Shown one piece after another: positions 26,127-36,021 of a stretch of DNA of 37,270 bases. Position numbers and translations under genes: made by a program. The first letter of the stretch is position 1. Every line of letters begins with the position of its first letter. The notes beneath the pieces are model-generated. The model saw only the letters and a list, made by a program, of their open reading frames with translations, was not told where the DNA came from and did no database searches. This DNA comes from Candidatus Thorarchaeota archaeon (lineage in GTDB: Archaea > Asgardarchaeota > Thorarchaeia > Thorarchaeales > Thorarchaeaceae). Location of the stretch: the NCBI GenBank assembly GCA_048882385.1, contig JBHLRQ010000023.1, positions 1 to 37,270 of the forward strand, given 5' to 3'.

Positions 26127-28892
26127 TCATAGCCATGTGCCGTTCCAGGACATGAGGTTGATGTCTGCAACTGTTCTTGAATACTCGTTTAGCTTGAGGA
26201 TCTTCTTGATCCATCCTGCAAGTGTGACTCCAACATTGATTTTTAATTTGAGGCTAATCGCCCAGGTTCCTGAAACACCTGATTGACCTGCAGAAATTGC
26301 AAGACTGATTGGTGCATACGCGATGGCTTCAACAAAAGGTCCACCTACATCGTAAAGCAAGAATGCAAGTCTGCACTTTGCATAGGGTGTGACTGTCACT
26401 CCTGCAGATGCAGTAATAGTGGGTCTTCCGTATGAAGCATCTCTACCAGATTGCCATATGGGGCTCCATCCGTTCTGCCATCTGACACCTGCTTTATACC
26501 AGGCACTTGCCTGTGCCCAAGTTGAAATTGAGAACTGCCCGTTAGCATTCAGTTCAACACCCACACTAACAGTGAGTTTCAATTTTGCCCAAACTAGAAT
26601 TGACCCTGCCCAGAAGGTGAAACGAGTAGAAAATGTCCATAGAACATATTCTCTCTTGAAGGTGTAATCGACAGAAACCCCTGCAGAGGCTTCGACCTTT
26701 ATTGCTGGAGTTATCTTCATCCATGATTCGAACCATTGCAGCTTATAGCCTGACCAAGTCCATTTTCTTTCCCATCCCATGAACCAGTTTACATGTAATG
26801 TGGGAGTAGCTCTCAGAGTTACCGAGAATGGTCCTGAGCTGATCCTCTTCTCAAAACTGCCTGGAGCTATTCTGTAAGTCCATGTCTTTGACCAATCACG
26901 TTCGATCTGTATGTTTTCTCGCTCTGTCATAAATAGTGGAGGAGGAGCAGCAGTATAATTGATTGAAAACATTCGATAGTTTCCAAGTGCTGTTGCAAGG
27001 TATGTTTCTGAAGCAGTGATGTTTCCCTCGGTGACAGAAAGCAATTCGTCAACGATTACCCTTCCTGCAATGACCGTCACATTTGCTTGCATAATGGTAC
27101 CTTCACCAAAGTCAACTGTCCATGTAAGATCCTCAAGCTCAGTTGGATTTTGAAGCACACTACCTCCAGGCAAATCGAATGCAATCTGCCAGTGGGATGC
27201 ATAGATTTGGTCGCCTGGAAGTGATTGAAGCATCAGCATCATGTACTGTATCTTTGTAAATATGAACTCGGCAGCTGAATTTGTGGCGTTTTCATCAATA
27301 GGTCCGACTCTGATTCGCCAATCGGTCCCGCCAAGGAATTCCGCAATTTGATCTGAGCTAGCCTGTAGGGTGACTATAGTTTCATTACTCGCACTCCAAG
27401 GAGTCGTTTTTGAATCATAGATACTGACATCAAAGCCAAGTAGAACCAGCTGCTCCATCGAAAAGCCCTCGTATAGTGATTGCTTCACTGGCGCTGAGTT
27501 TTGCTGTTCTGAAGGTGCAGGCACACCTCCAAAATCTAGTTGCGCATATGTCACTTCTCCAGGACTAATAGTGGCATCAGTGCTCAGTTCAGACTGATTG
27601 AATGTGCCAAAAACGGTGTAGGTCCCAGGGAGTAGATGATACCATACGTGTCCCGAAGCTGATACATTTTCTTTTGTTGATCCTTCTGGTCCTCTATAGT
27701 ATACTTCAGTTAGGTTGACTAGTTCCCCATCATAGTATCCTGATATGAACAGAATTCCAGTGTTGTTCTCAGTTTTGCCATAGTTATGTGCCGCTATTGC
27801 AAGGTCTCTCAAATCTATCTTTCCGTCCCAGTTCAGATCAAGTTCTGGCATCCAATCATCATCACTAACATTGGCTCCGACATGACTAGCTATAAGATCT
27901 AGGTCCCCTAATTCGACTTGTCCATCATGATCACTTACATCTCCGAGGAGTGAAACATCCTTGACAGTTTCTTCACTCTCAGATTCATCTTGAACAGTTA
28001 TAGTTTCAGGCACTTCATATTCTACATCTTGCCCTAGAGTAAGGGGGTCCTCAAAGAATGCTCCCCGAAGCATGTCCGACAATGGCGACTCAGGGATTGA
28101 AATGCTAAATGACATCAGAGCACTACCATCTCCTTGGACTGTAACATTCTGCGTCGTTGAAATTTCTACATTGGTTGTGACACTCTCCACTTCAGATGCG
28201 ACGAGAACCTTGCCTATTGAAGTGGCTTTTGTTGTCTGGAATGAATAGCTATCGTCAAGAATCAAAGTAGTCAGAGGATAGCTCTCAGTTGGGTAATATC
28301 CGTTATTCACAACATGAAATGTGTCATTGGTTCCACTACCCGTAACAATGCCGTTTGCAATACCCATCTCTTCTGCCTGTACAACTGAAATTGTGATGAA
28401 TGGGACATCGGAATTGACGACATTCATCGAAATGTAGTCAATTGTACTCCAATAAATAACGAGGTCAGTGTCTGAGTAATAGTCAGGATCAAACTCCTCA
28501 ATATTTGCTGATGTCTGATTGTTGATGTTCTCCAGCAGGTATCCTCCCCCAACAAGCCAATCTCGTACAAATGACGCATAGGAGTCACCCGGATCGTTGA
28601 AGAACACGATTTCCACATCATTCGGATTCATATAACTTGAAGCCCACAGTATTGTCCTATTCAAGAGGTTCAGAATTTCAGTGGCGAACAGCGTTGGTCT
28701 ATACCATCCAAAGAATGCGTATTTCCGGGGATCATTGACAATCAATACATCTTTTCCTGTTTCTGATGATGCTATTGTTGAATTATCTGATGGGACCGGA
28801 TTGACAGATTCAGTGATTAGATGCATTCCTGCTACGCAAGATACGAGAATTACTAGAATTAGAAACACTGACTTTGCTTGAGCATCATTCAT
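26127..28892 (-). CDS. Large secreted protein with central dockerin-like domain and beta-rich basic C-terminal domain
   Basis: Signal-like N-terminus; paired Ca-loop motifs GDVSDHDGQVELGDL and DLNWDGKIDLRDLAIAAHNYG; no C-terminal TM anchor. Confidence 0.8.
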   Translation of the reverse strand: MNDAQAKSVFLILVILVSCVAGMHLITESVNPVPSDNSTIASSETGKDVLIVNDPRKYAFFGWYRPTLFATEILNLLNRTILWASSYMNPNDVEIVFFNDPGDSYASFVRDWLVGGGYLLENINNQTSANIEEFDPDYYSDTDLVIYWSTIDYISMNVVNSDVPFITISVVQAEEMGIANGIVTGSGTNDTFHVVNNGYYPTESYPLTTLILDDSYSFQTTKATSIGKVLVASEVESVTTNVEISTTQNVTVQGDGSALMSFSISIPESPLSDMLRGAFFEDPLTLGQDVEYEVPETITVQDESESEETVKDVSLLGDVSDHDGQVELGDLDLIASHVGANVSDDDWMPELDLNWDGKIDLRDLAIAAHNYGKTENNTGILFISGYYDGELVNLTEVYYRGPEGSTKENVSASGHVWYHLLPGTYTVFGTFNQSELSTDATISPGEVTYAQLDFGGVPAPSEQQNSAPVKQSLYEGFSMEQLVLLGFDVSIYDSKTTPWSASNETIVTLQASSDQIAEFLGGTDWRIRVGPIDENATNSAAEFIFTKIQYMMLMLQSLPGDQIYASHWQIAFDLPGGSVLQNPTELEDLTWTVDFGEGTIMQANVTVIAGRVIVDELLSVTEGNITASETYLATALGNYRMFSINYTAAPPPLFMTERENIQIERDWSKTWTYRIAPGSFEKRISSGPFSVTLRATPTLHVNWFMGWERKWTWSGYKLQWFESWMKITPAIKVEASAGVSVDYTFKREYVLWTFSTRFTFWAGSILVWAKLKLTVSVGVELNANGQFSISTWAQASAWYKAGVRWQNGWSPIWQSGRDASYGRPTITASAGVTVTPYAKCRLAFLLYDVGGPFVEAIAYAPISLAISAGQSGVSGTWAISLKLKINVGVTLAGWIKKILKLNEYSRTVADINLMSWNGTWL

Positions 28893-29592
28893 CTGTCTTA
28901 GCCCTCCTTCTTTTACTAATTCCTATTGCGACAAGAATCACGATACCACAAATGATTGCCATTAGAATCAAGTTTTGAACAAGTGTATCTCCCGGTTGCA
29001 AAAAGGATATTGCTGCTCCGTCTACATGCTCGATAGTTATTGTATCAAGGTACGGATTAAGTATGAATGTATCAGTACCATAGGGCTCTGAGAATGAAAC
29101 GTCAAATAGCCCTTGAGTTGGCTGGCTTTTCAAATTGAATTCAATCCACAAAAGGCTCCCGTATCCATGGCTGCGTGTATCGTTTTCAAGTAATGTTTCC
29201 CCGGCGACTACAAAACCCTGACTCTGATTGATGATGGGAGTAATTGATATTGCTTCGTGGTTGGAAAAGAAATCACTCTTTTCGCCATCTGTATATCCCA
29301 CTCTTGATACATTGAAGAGAGCGGAATTGAAGAGAATCTTAACCTGCCACGCAAAACACTCCTCTGAGATGTTCAACCAAACTGTCAGATTGAACTTTTC
29401 ATCTAGGGTCTGTATTTGCGCTGCTGATGGTTCAATCCATAGCGCATTTGGCTGATGCGGTTCACTGGATTCAAATGCAACTGCATAATTTATTGACCCT
29501 GCTATCATCAAGATGAGAAACATCAGAATAATACTAGAATAGACTCTTCTATGTTTCTCACTCCACGCGAATCCCATGATACATTTAATCAA
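28885..29592 (-). CDS. Membrane-anchored cohesin-like domain protein
   Basis: Signal segment; LWIEP...FNLTVWLN...AWQVKILFN...GSLLWIEF beta-sandwich pattern; C-terminal TM then KRRR; 8-nt ATGAATGA overlap with the next gene. Confidence 0.7.
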   Translation of the reverse strand: MIKCIMGFAWSEKHRRVYSSIILMFLILMIAGSINYAVAFESSEPHQPNALWIEPSAAQIQTLDEKFNLTVWLNISEECFAWQVKILFNSALFNVSRVGYTDGEKSDFFSNHEAISITPIINQSQGFVVAGETLLENDTRSHGYGSLLWIEFNLKSQPTQGLFDVSFSEPYGTDTFILNPYLDTITIEHVDGAAISFLQPGDTLVQNLILMAIICGIVILVAIGISKRRRAKTDE

Positions 29593-29784
29593 AATCTAAG
29601 GTTTTAAGCTTATATTGGAGGTTCTAATTTTAAACCAAGGTTTTGAATTACCCAAGTCAGAGTAATCAGATGCTCCTGATTTGCTCGTCCTGTGATGTTG
29701 CCTTTGTCATCAGGGAATGGAAATTTCAGTCTAGCGCAAACGCTTTTGTCCTTCATCTTTCATATACTAGTGAGGTCGAATTAT

Positions 29785-30075
29785 TTGTCAGATGAGATTG
29801 AGGAGATTGCCCTGCTCATATACACTGCAATCTTTCAGGATGAACCATTTATCGAAGTTGATGGCATAGAGTATCAGATTGAGAAGACATCAAAGAGTAA
29901 GGTCAGACTAGTGAAATACGATGACTTCACCTTCATCGAGCAGAATCCGTTCAAGTCTTCCAGGTGGGGAAAGGAAGCTCAGGAGGGTCATCAGATTATG
30001 TGGGTGATGAAGGGACGAAAGTACCTTGCAAGGGTGCGAGATGGGAAATTCCTAGACTTGAGAAAATCTAGCTAA
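29785..30075 (+). CDS. Small hypothetical protein
   Basis: FIEQNPFKSSRWGKEAQEGHQIMWV; SD GAGGT before TTG 29785 (track start 29692). Confidence 0.7.
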   Translation: MSDEIEEIALLIYTAIFQDEPFIEVDGIEYQIEKTSKSKVRLVKYDDFTFIEQNPFKSSRWGKEAQEGHQIMWVMKGRKYLARVRDGKFLDLRKSS

Positions 30076-30151
30076 ACTCCTCATGATGCATGCTAGCCTA
30101 GGTGTGATATAGTGTTATACAGGTTAACGCTCAACTGAATTATTGATTTTT

Positions 30152-30622
30152 TCAATCTCGATATGACCACAGTCCATTCTGTTTCCTGTTCAGAACTATC
30201 TGTCCTAGATGGTATGAGTTATGTTGAGCAAGTATAACAAATGCTCTCAGTGTAGGTTCCCCTCTCAGGGTGCGCATAGGTGATTCAAGATCGACTTCAT
30301 TTAGGAGCCTTGTGGCATCTACTATTCCATCCTTGAATCTTTGAACTAAGATATCCCAATTGTTTTCCTTCTCATCAGCACTAGAAGGCCAATGTTTGTC
30401 TATCGCCTTTCGCCAATCCATGACATCAGTTCGAACAGCCTCTAGAATCAGATCTTGCCAGTAATCAATATGGAACAAAATTTCCCATGAGGAAAAAAGT
30501 CCCTCTGCAGCCTTCAGTAATGCTTGTTTATGTGTCAGTCCGTTTATAATGTCAAATGTATCTCTATGAGTAAAGCTTCCACGGAAACCTTTCTCTATAG
30601 TTTCAATTACTATGTTTCTCAT
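30152..30622 (-). CDS. DinB/YfiT family protein
   Basis: SSWEILFHIDYWQD and HNSYHLGQI motifs; probable ATG 30622 (track start 30664). Confidence 0.85.
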   Translation of the reverse strand: MRNIVIETIEKGFRGSFTHRDTFDIINGLTHKQALLKAAEGLFSSWEILFHIDYWQDLILEAVRTDVMDWRKAIDKHWPSSADEKENNWDILVQRFKDGIVDATRLLNEVDLESPMRTLRGEPTLRAFVILAQHNSYHLGQIVLNRKQNGLWSYRD

Positions 30623-30710
30623 TTCGATCACACTTGTAGCTCCTGATGTATCTGCTGATTTCACCCTGCTTTAATAATCTGACAGTTTTTGCAGGTCTTG
30701 TCAATCGCTG

Positions 30711-31691
30711 TTAGAAACTATGCAAAAGTCGATAGTCAACTTCACAGGGTGGTCCTGGCGCAATCCTCATCGAAGTTGGATTTGTTTCAGCAATCCACGA
30801 CCATATGGTCACCATGTAATCTGGATTTGTTTGACAGATGCCCTGTTCTGGACTGCTACATATTGTTCTAACATCTTCAACTGTGATTGTGCCTTTCCTT
30901 TCCTCAAACCAATTTCCTAATCTCTCGATGTATACATGAGTCGGATCACTTTCAGGCAGTCCTTTATCCAAGTGCAACATCTCCTTCATCACGAACACAT
31001 TTCCAGCTACTCCAAAACCCTCTTCCAAGTATTCAGCACAAGTCTTCTCAGGAGTCACTTCAATTCTTGCTATACTACCAGACTTATCAAGAACAAGAAA
31101 TGTGACAGCTTCAGTATGTGGAACCTCAGCTAGATATTCTACTGCTTCTTCAGTAGTCGAGAGTTTGTCGAGTGCCCAACGCGTTGAGATATTCATCCGC
31201 AGACCAGGTCGAATCTTTCCGGTGTACATCGCACATGACGCACTTCCTATAGTAAGCCCCACCTCATTCATACCTCCATAACGACCGAAGTCTCCATAGC
31301 TAAAACCAACGCTCTTGTAGCTTCCTTGTGGATTAGAATGAATGGTATGCAAAGCTGCAATATCCTCCCTAATCCAATCCTGCTGTCGCGCATAGATTGG
31401 ACTTCCACTTGCAGTATATTCTCCACTGACTGCGAGGAGTGTACACCCAAAGAGAAATGCAGGTGTAAGCATAGAGCATTGTAGTGCTTCGTAACTCTGT
31501 CCAGAACCCTTGGCGATTCCTTGAAGTTCTATGAGAAGATCTGGTGCATACTGTTCAATTGCATCTACGCACTTTGCAGCAAACTCTAAGTTGCTCTCCT
31601 TTGGTTTAAACTGCCGATGGTATTGTGAGAGTGTCTTTGCAAACATCTCTCCCATTTCAAAATAAGAACCTGATACTCTTACCTCATTCAT
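30711..31691 (-). CDS. Peptidase C45 family (Ntn-hydrolase, acyl-CoA:6-APA acyltransferase-like)
   Basis: GSYFEMG, ELQGIAKG, G|CT autocleavage site, GGMNEVGL. Confidence 0.85.
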   Translation of the reverse strand: MNEVRVSGSYFEMGEMFAKTLSQYHRQFKPKESNLEFAAKCVDAIEQYAPDLLIELQGIAKGSGQSYEALQCSMLTPAFLFGCTLLAVSGEYTASGSPIYARQQDWIREDIAALHTIHSNPQGSYKSVGFSYGDFGRYGGMNEVGLTIGSASCAMYTGKIRPGLRMNISTRWALDKLSTTEEAVEYLAEVPHTEAVTFLVLDKSGSIARIEVTPEKTCAEYLEEGFGVAGNVFVMKEMLHLDKGLPESDPTHVYIERLGNWFEERKGTITVEDVRTICSSPEQGICQTNPDYMVTIWSWIAETNPTSMRIAPGPPCEVDYRLLHSF

Positions 31692-32130
31692 CTTATCACA
31701 TCATAATCTCATGAAGAGAATATGGGCCAGAAACATTGGAGAGAATTAATTAAGAATTTACATCTAAACATCTGAGTTTGGTCTTTATAAAATGACCATG
31801 GATTTGGTTTAACAAACTCCAGAGCAATTTTGACCTTTTCAAACTCTCACATCCTAAATAGAAGATGAAAATCAATGAACAATGACATTCGGATTGAATG
31901 AATTGACCTTACTGAGTTAGACTAGTCAAGGAATGTTTATGATACCACAGATTCGTTTTCGTAATTGTGAATCATTGCACAGGATTGATAAACGATCCTC
32001 ATTAGTGAGCAAATGCACAAATGAGCTCTATGGCAAATCAATATGGACTATCGAACTCACAAATCCAATCAATTTTCAGCAATATCAGAACTACTAAATA
32101 CATAGTCGACTACGAGCAGAATGGCTAAAC

Positions 32131-32280
32131 ATGACCAAACTCATGATAACTGACACTGTCCTGCGTGATGCGCATCAGTCCCTACTAGCAACAAGAATGC
32201 GTACAGAGGACATGATTCCAATCTGTGAGAAGCTCCACAAGGTTGATGATCTTAAGGAGTGCATCTTGAATACTTGGTGA
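32131..32280 (+). pseudogene. Truncated diverged copy of the 5' end of the 33901 carboxyltransferase gene
   Basis: MTKLMITDTVLRDAHQSLLATRMRTEDMIPICEKLHKV then unrelated sequence; 33/38 aa identical to 33901; ATCAGAAC lies 47 nt before the ATG in both copies. Confidence 0.9.
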
Positions 32281-32386
32281 CAGCATCGAATCTTGTTGAA
32301 TGGCAGGTAAGGTTATTTCCCACGATCCAACAGCTTGCAGAATAGATATATCAAAGTGGTCTATTCATCAGACTCTGGTTTTAGAA

Positions 32387-33625
32387 ATGCTACGTCGCAC
32401 TCGTGCTATTTGTTTCACCATGCTCCTTCTCTTTATCACACCTTCTTTATTCATAGATAGTTCGAAAGTGAGTGTGATTGTACCATTCAGTTCTTCAACA
32501 TACAGCCAGACCACGGGGTGGCTCACAGGCTGGCAGTATCGGAAATCCCACACCATTGAGAGCTCTGTAGGTACTGGAACGAACTATCAGGTCAGGATTA
32601 CAGTTCATCGTTCTGTGGATACAGATACAGGTGAGCATGTCTACATTGGTACAAAATGTAGGACTGATTTTGGAGACATCAGGTTTACTGATGATGATGG
32701 GACAAAAGAGTTAGATTACTGGGTGGAAACCATCGATTCCAATAAAGCATTATTTTGGGTTGAGGTTTCAGATGACTTGAGTGAAAATCCCACCTTGATT
32801 TACATCTATTATGGTAACTCAAGTGCTACCACGATGAGCAATGGACCGGACACCTTTCTTTGGTTTATCGACCAGAATAATGTTTCTGGATGGGACATTC
32901 ACGGGATGACAATCTCATCTGAGGGAGGCTACTTGAGATTCTACAACGATGCATTATTAGAAGGTGGATATGTGACAAGACCTCTAAATCCCTCTACCAC
33001 GATTTTTGCTCTAGAGATGCAATTCCATACTGTGAGTCTTGGGACCAATGACCAGTTTATCTATGGTCTATTTGGAGACATAGACACACTAAGAATGTCG
33101 CAATTAGCAATGCCCTCTGTTTACTCCCAGACTGAAGCAAGATATTTCTTAGTGCTGGATCAATATACTTTCTATGATGAGCTGTCCGAGGGTACATCAT
33201 ACATCCTGAGAAATTATTGCAATGAGAGCAGCTCCACTGCAAATCACTATTACATCGATGATCAGTTACGGAATAATCTTGGTTCTGCTTTGGATATACA
33301 AAAAGCGCAAAATTCACCCGATGAAGTTACACGTCTACTTATTGGTGATGGAACTGCAAATGGCTATCTTGACCTACGATTGAAATGGCTATTCTTGAGA
33401 TCATGGACAGGTGACATTGAACCTATCCAGGGTGCCTGGGGTGCTGAAGCATCAAGTACTACGAGTTCGCCTCCCGATGGTTCTGGTGGCATTGACATGA
33501 TGATTTTAATCATTGTTGGCGGTGGAAGCATTGGAATAGTGATCATACTCGCCACAATCGTTCTCTTACTAAAACGTCGGACAGGAGGCACTGCTGAATC
33601 TGGTCAAGTCCCATATAACTGGTGA
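32387..33625 (+). CDS. DUF2341 domain cell-surface protein with C-terminal TM anchor
   Basis: GWQYRKSHTI, NYQV, DFGDIRFTDDDG, LDYWVE, IYIYYGN; signal peptide and C-terminal TM; probable ATG 32387 (track start 32300). Confidence 0.85.
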   Translation: MLRRTRAICFTMLLLFITPSLFIDSSKVSVIVPFSSSTYSQTTGWLTGWQYRKSHTIESSVGTGTNYQVRITVHRSVDTDTGEHVYIGTKCRTDFGDIRFTDDDGTKELDYWVETIDSNKALFWVEVSDDLSENPTLIYIYYGNSSATTMSNGPDTFLWFIDQNNVSGWDIHGMTISSEGGYLRFYNDALLEGGYVTRPLNPSTTIFALEMQFHTVSLGTNDQFIYGLFGDIDTLRMSQLAMPSVYSQTEARYFLVLDQYTFYDELSEGTSYILRNYCNESSSTANHYYIDDQLRNNLGSALDIQKAQNSPDEVTRLLIGDGTANGYLDLRLKWLFLRSWTGDIEPIQGAWGAEASSTTSSPPDGSGGIDMMILIIVGGGSIGIVIILATIVLLLKRRTGGTAESGQVPYNW

Positions 33626-33900
33626 AGAAAAAGGGAAACTGGTCAGACAGAATATATTCAACCATCACAAGATCTAGAGAACTCCTAGTTCGATTCAGAA
33701 TCACTATCTAAATGACTACATTCTATGAAGACAGCTTTTAGAGTAAGAGTTTCTGTTTCCTGTTTCTGATGTTGATTACGGTAACAAAGCAGTCGTTCGA
33801 CCGTCGCGATTCGGAGATATCGAAAACAACTCCAAATCAAAAGAACAGGCTAAATCAGAACGACTATATGTAGAGGCACACTGAACATTTTTGGTCTACA

Positions 33901-35481
33901 ATGTCGAAATTGATGATTTGTGACACTGTTCTTCGAGATGCGCATCAATCTCTTCTAGCAACCAGAATGCGAACTGAGGACATGCTTCCTATTTGTGAGA
34001 AACTAGACCGAGTAGGATATTGGTCTCTCGAGATGTTTGGCGGAGCAACATTTGACTCCATGATGCGCTTCTTGGACGAGGACCCTTGGGAAAGACTAGA
34101 AACCCTCCGAGATGCGATGCCAAACACACGCTTACAGATGCTCCTGAGAGCTCAAAATGTGGTTGGTTATCGTCACTATGCCGATGATGTCCTCGAAGCT
34201 TTTGTTGTTGAAGGAGTCAAAGCTGGTCTGGATGTGTTTAGAATCTTTGATGCCCTCAATGACATTCGAAACATGAAGGCTGCAATGAAGTTCGTCAAAC
34301 GTGAAGGTGGTCATGTTCAGGCAAGTTTCTGCTATACATTGAGTCCATTTCATACAAATCAGAAATTTGTAGAAATGGCAAAAGAGCTGCATGCTCTTGA
34401 CGCTGACTCAATCTGTATCAAAGACATGGCAGGGCTCATCTCACCTGAAGCTGCTTTTGATCTGGTTACACGACTCAAAGATGAGATTGAAATTCCAATA
34501 CAGCTCCACTCTCACTATACTAGTGGAATGGCTGCAATGGCATACCTGAAGGCGGCTGAAGCCGGTGTCGATGTTGTTGACTGTGCAATATCTGCGCTAT
34601 CAATGGCAACATCACAACCAGCCACCGAATCTATAGTTGAGGCATTAAAGGGAAACAAAAGAGATACTGGTTTAGACATCAATCTGCTTTCCGAGATTGC
34701 ATCCTACTTCAGAAGGATTAGAAGAAAATATGGTCAGTTCGAGGGAAGCCTTCAGGGTGTGAATCCCCAAGTTCTAGTCTTTCAGATACCCGGTGGAATG
34801 CTCTCTAATCTAGACAACCAGTTGAGAGAACAGGGTGCTTTGGATCGTTATGACGAGGTTCTCAAGGAAGTACCTAGAGTTCGGGCAGAACTAGGATATC
34901 CTCCCTTGGTCACACCGTCAAGTCAGATTGTTGGAACACAGGCAACACTCAACGTGATAACTGGTGAGAGATACAGCATGATACCCACTGAGGTGAAGCA
35001 ATACATTCGAGGGTATTATGGTCGTCCACCTGCTGAGATAGATCCTGAGATTCAGAAAAAAGCAATAGGTAATGAAAAGCCACTTGACTGTAGACCTGCA
35101 GACATGCTGGATCCAGAGCTACCTGCAGCACGCGAGGCTCTAAAGGATATTCCACACGTTCCAAGAGACCTTGTTTCGTATGCCTTGTATCCTCAATACG
35201 CGTTGGAATTTCTCAAACGGAAGGCACAAAGAATGAGTAGAGGTACAATGACGCGAGAGCTTGAAGTTGCTCTAGCTGCGGCTGTGCTTCATATGAACGG
35301 AGCAGCTCTTGGTTCATTTGCTTCAGTTGCTAGTAGTGCTCAGACATGGTCTGATGCTGGAAGAGCTGATCTTGTTGAGGGTAGGACCGTGCAGTATGGT
35401 CCTGGTCAGTGGGATAGGTCATCATCATCATGGTCTTCAGCTGGACGGAAGGACATCATGAGAGGTCGTAGGAGAGGGTGA
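33901..35481 (+). CDS. Pyruvate/oxaloacetate carboxyltransferase (PycB / OadA / transcarboxylase 5S-like) lacking a biotinyl domain
   Basis: RDAHQSLLATRM, GGATFD, IKDMAG, HSH, PGGMLSNL, LVTPSSQIVG; C-terminal tail with two W-x-x-AGR motifs. Confidence 0.93.
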   Translation: MSKLMICDTVLRDAHQSLLATRMRTEDMLPICEKLDRVGYWSLEMFGGATFDSMMRFLDEDPWERLETLRDAMPNTRLQMLLRAQNVVGYRHYADDVLEAFVVEGVKAGLDVFRIFDALNDIRNMKAAMKFVKREGGHVQASFCYTLSPFHTNQKFVEMAKELHALDADSICIKDMAGLISPEAAFDLVTRLKDEIEIPIQLHSHYTSGMAAMAYLKAAEAGVDVVDCAISALSMATSQPATESIVEALKGNKRDTGLDINLLSEIASYFRRIRRKYGQFEGSLQGVNPQVLVFQIPGGMLSNLDNQLREQGALDRYDEVLKEVPRVRAELGYPPLVTPSSQIVGTQATLNVITGERYSMIPTEVKQYIRGYYGRPPAEIDPEIQKKAIGNEKPLDCRPADMLDPELPAAREALKDIPHVPRDLVSYALYPQYALEFLKRKAQRMSRGTMTRELEVALAAAVLHMNGAALGSFASVASSAQTWSDAGRADLVEGRTVQYGPGQWDRSSSSWSSAGRKDIMRGRRRG

Positions 35482-35482
35482 A

Positions 35483-36010
35483 GTGAGTCCAAGTAAATAC
35501 AAGGTCACACTTGACGATAAAGCGTTTGATGTTAATGTCAAAATGCTTGATGAGGGTGGTCTCCTTGTCATCAGTGTTGGAGACCAGAGCTATACAATGA
35601 AGCCCTCTCAAGACGATGAGGGAAATTGGATAGTCAACGACACTGCAATGGACTATTCTCTTAAGATCCTGAAGAGAAGTGGAAAGAATATCACCCTGGA
35701 AATAAATGGAGAAGAACGTAATCTAGAATGGGAGAGAGTTCGCAAGCAGGAGGCTTCGAAGAGTGCTGCAGGAAGCGCACCGAGCGGACCCAAGATGAAA
35801 GGCGGGATTTACCCCCCCATGCCAGGAAAGATTACTGATGTTCGTGTCAGTGTTGGTGACACGATAAAATCAGGGGACACCGTAGTCATATTAGAAGCCA
35901 TGAAAATGTTCAATGAGTTGAAAGCCGGTTCAGCAGGTACTGTGAAGGAAGTCAATGTTGAGGTTGGTGTAATGGTAACGCCAGACGACCTTCTCGTTCT
36001 CATCGAGTGA
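35483..36010 (+). CDS. Biotin carboxyl carrier protein
   Basis: PMPGKI and LEAMKM biotinylation motif. Confidence 0.93.
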   Translation: MSPSKYKVTLDDKAFDVNVKMLDEGGLLVISVGDQSYTMKPSQDDEGNWIVNDTAMDYSLKILKRSGKNITLEINGEERNLEWERVRKQEASKSAAGSAPSGPKMKGGIYPPMPGKITDVRVSVGDTIKSGDTVVILEAMKMFNELKAGSAGTVKEVNVEVGVMVTPDDLLVLIE

Positions 36011-36021
36011 GGTGCTCTCTC

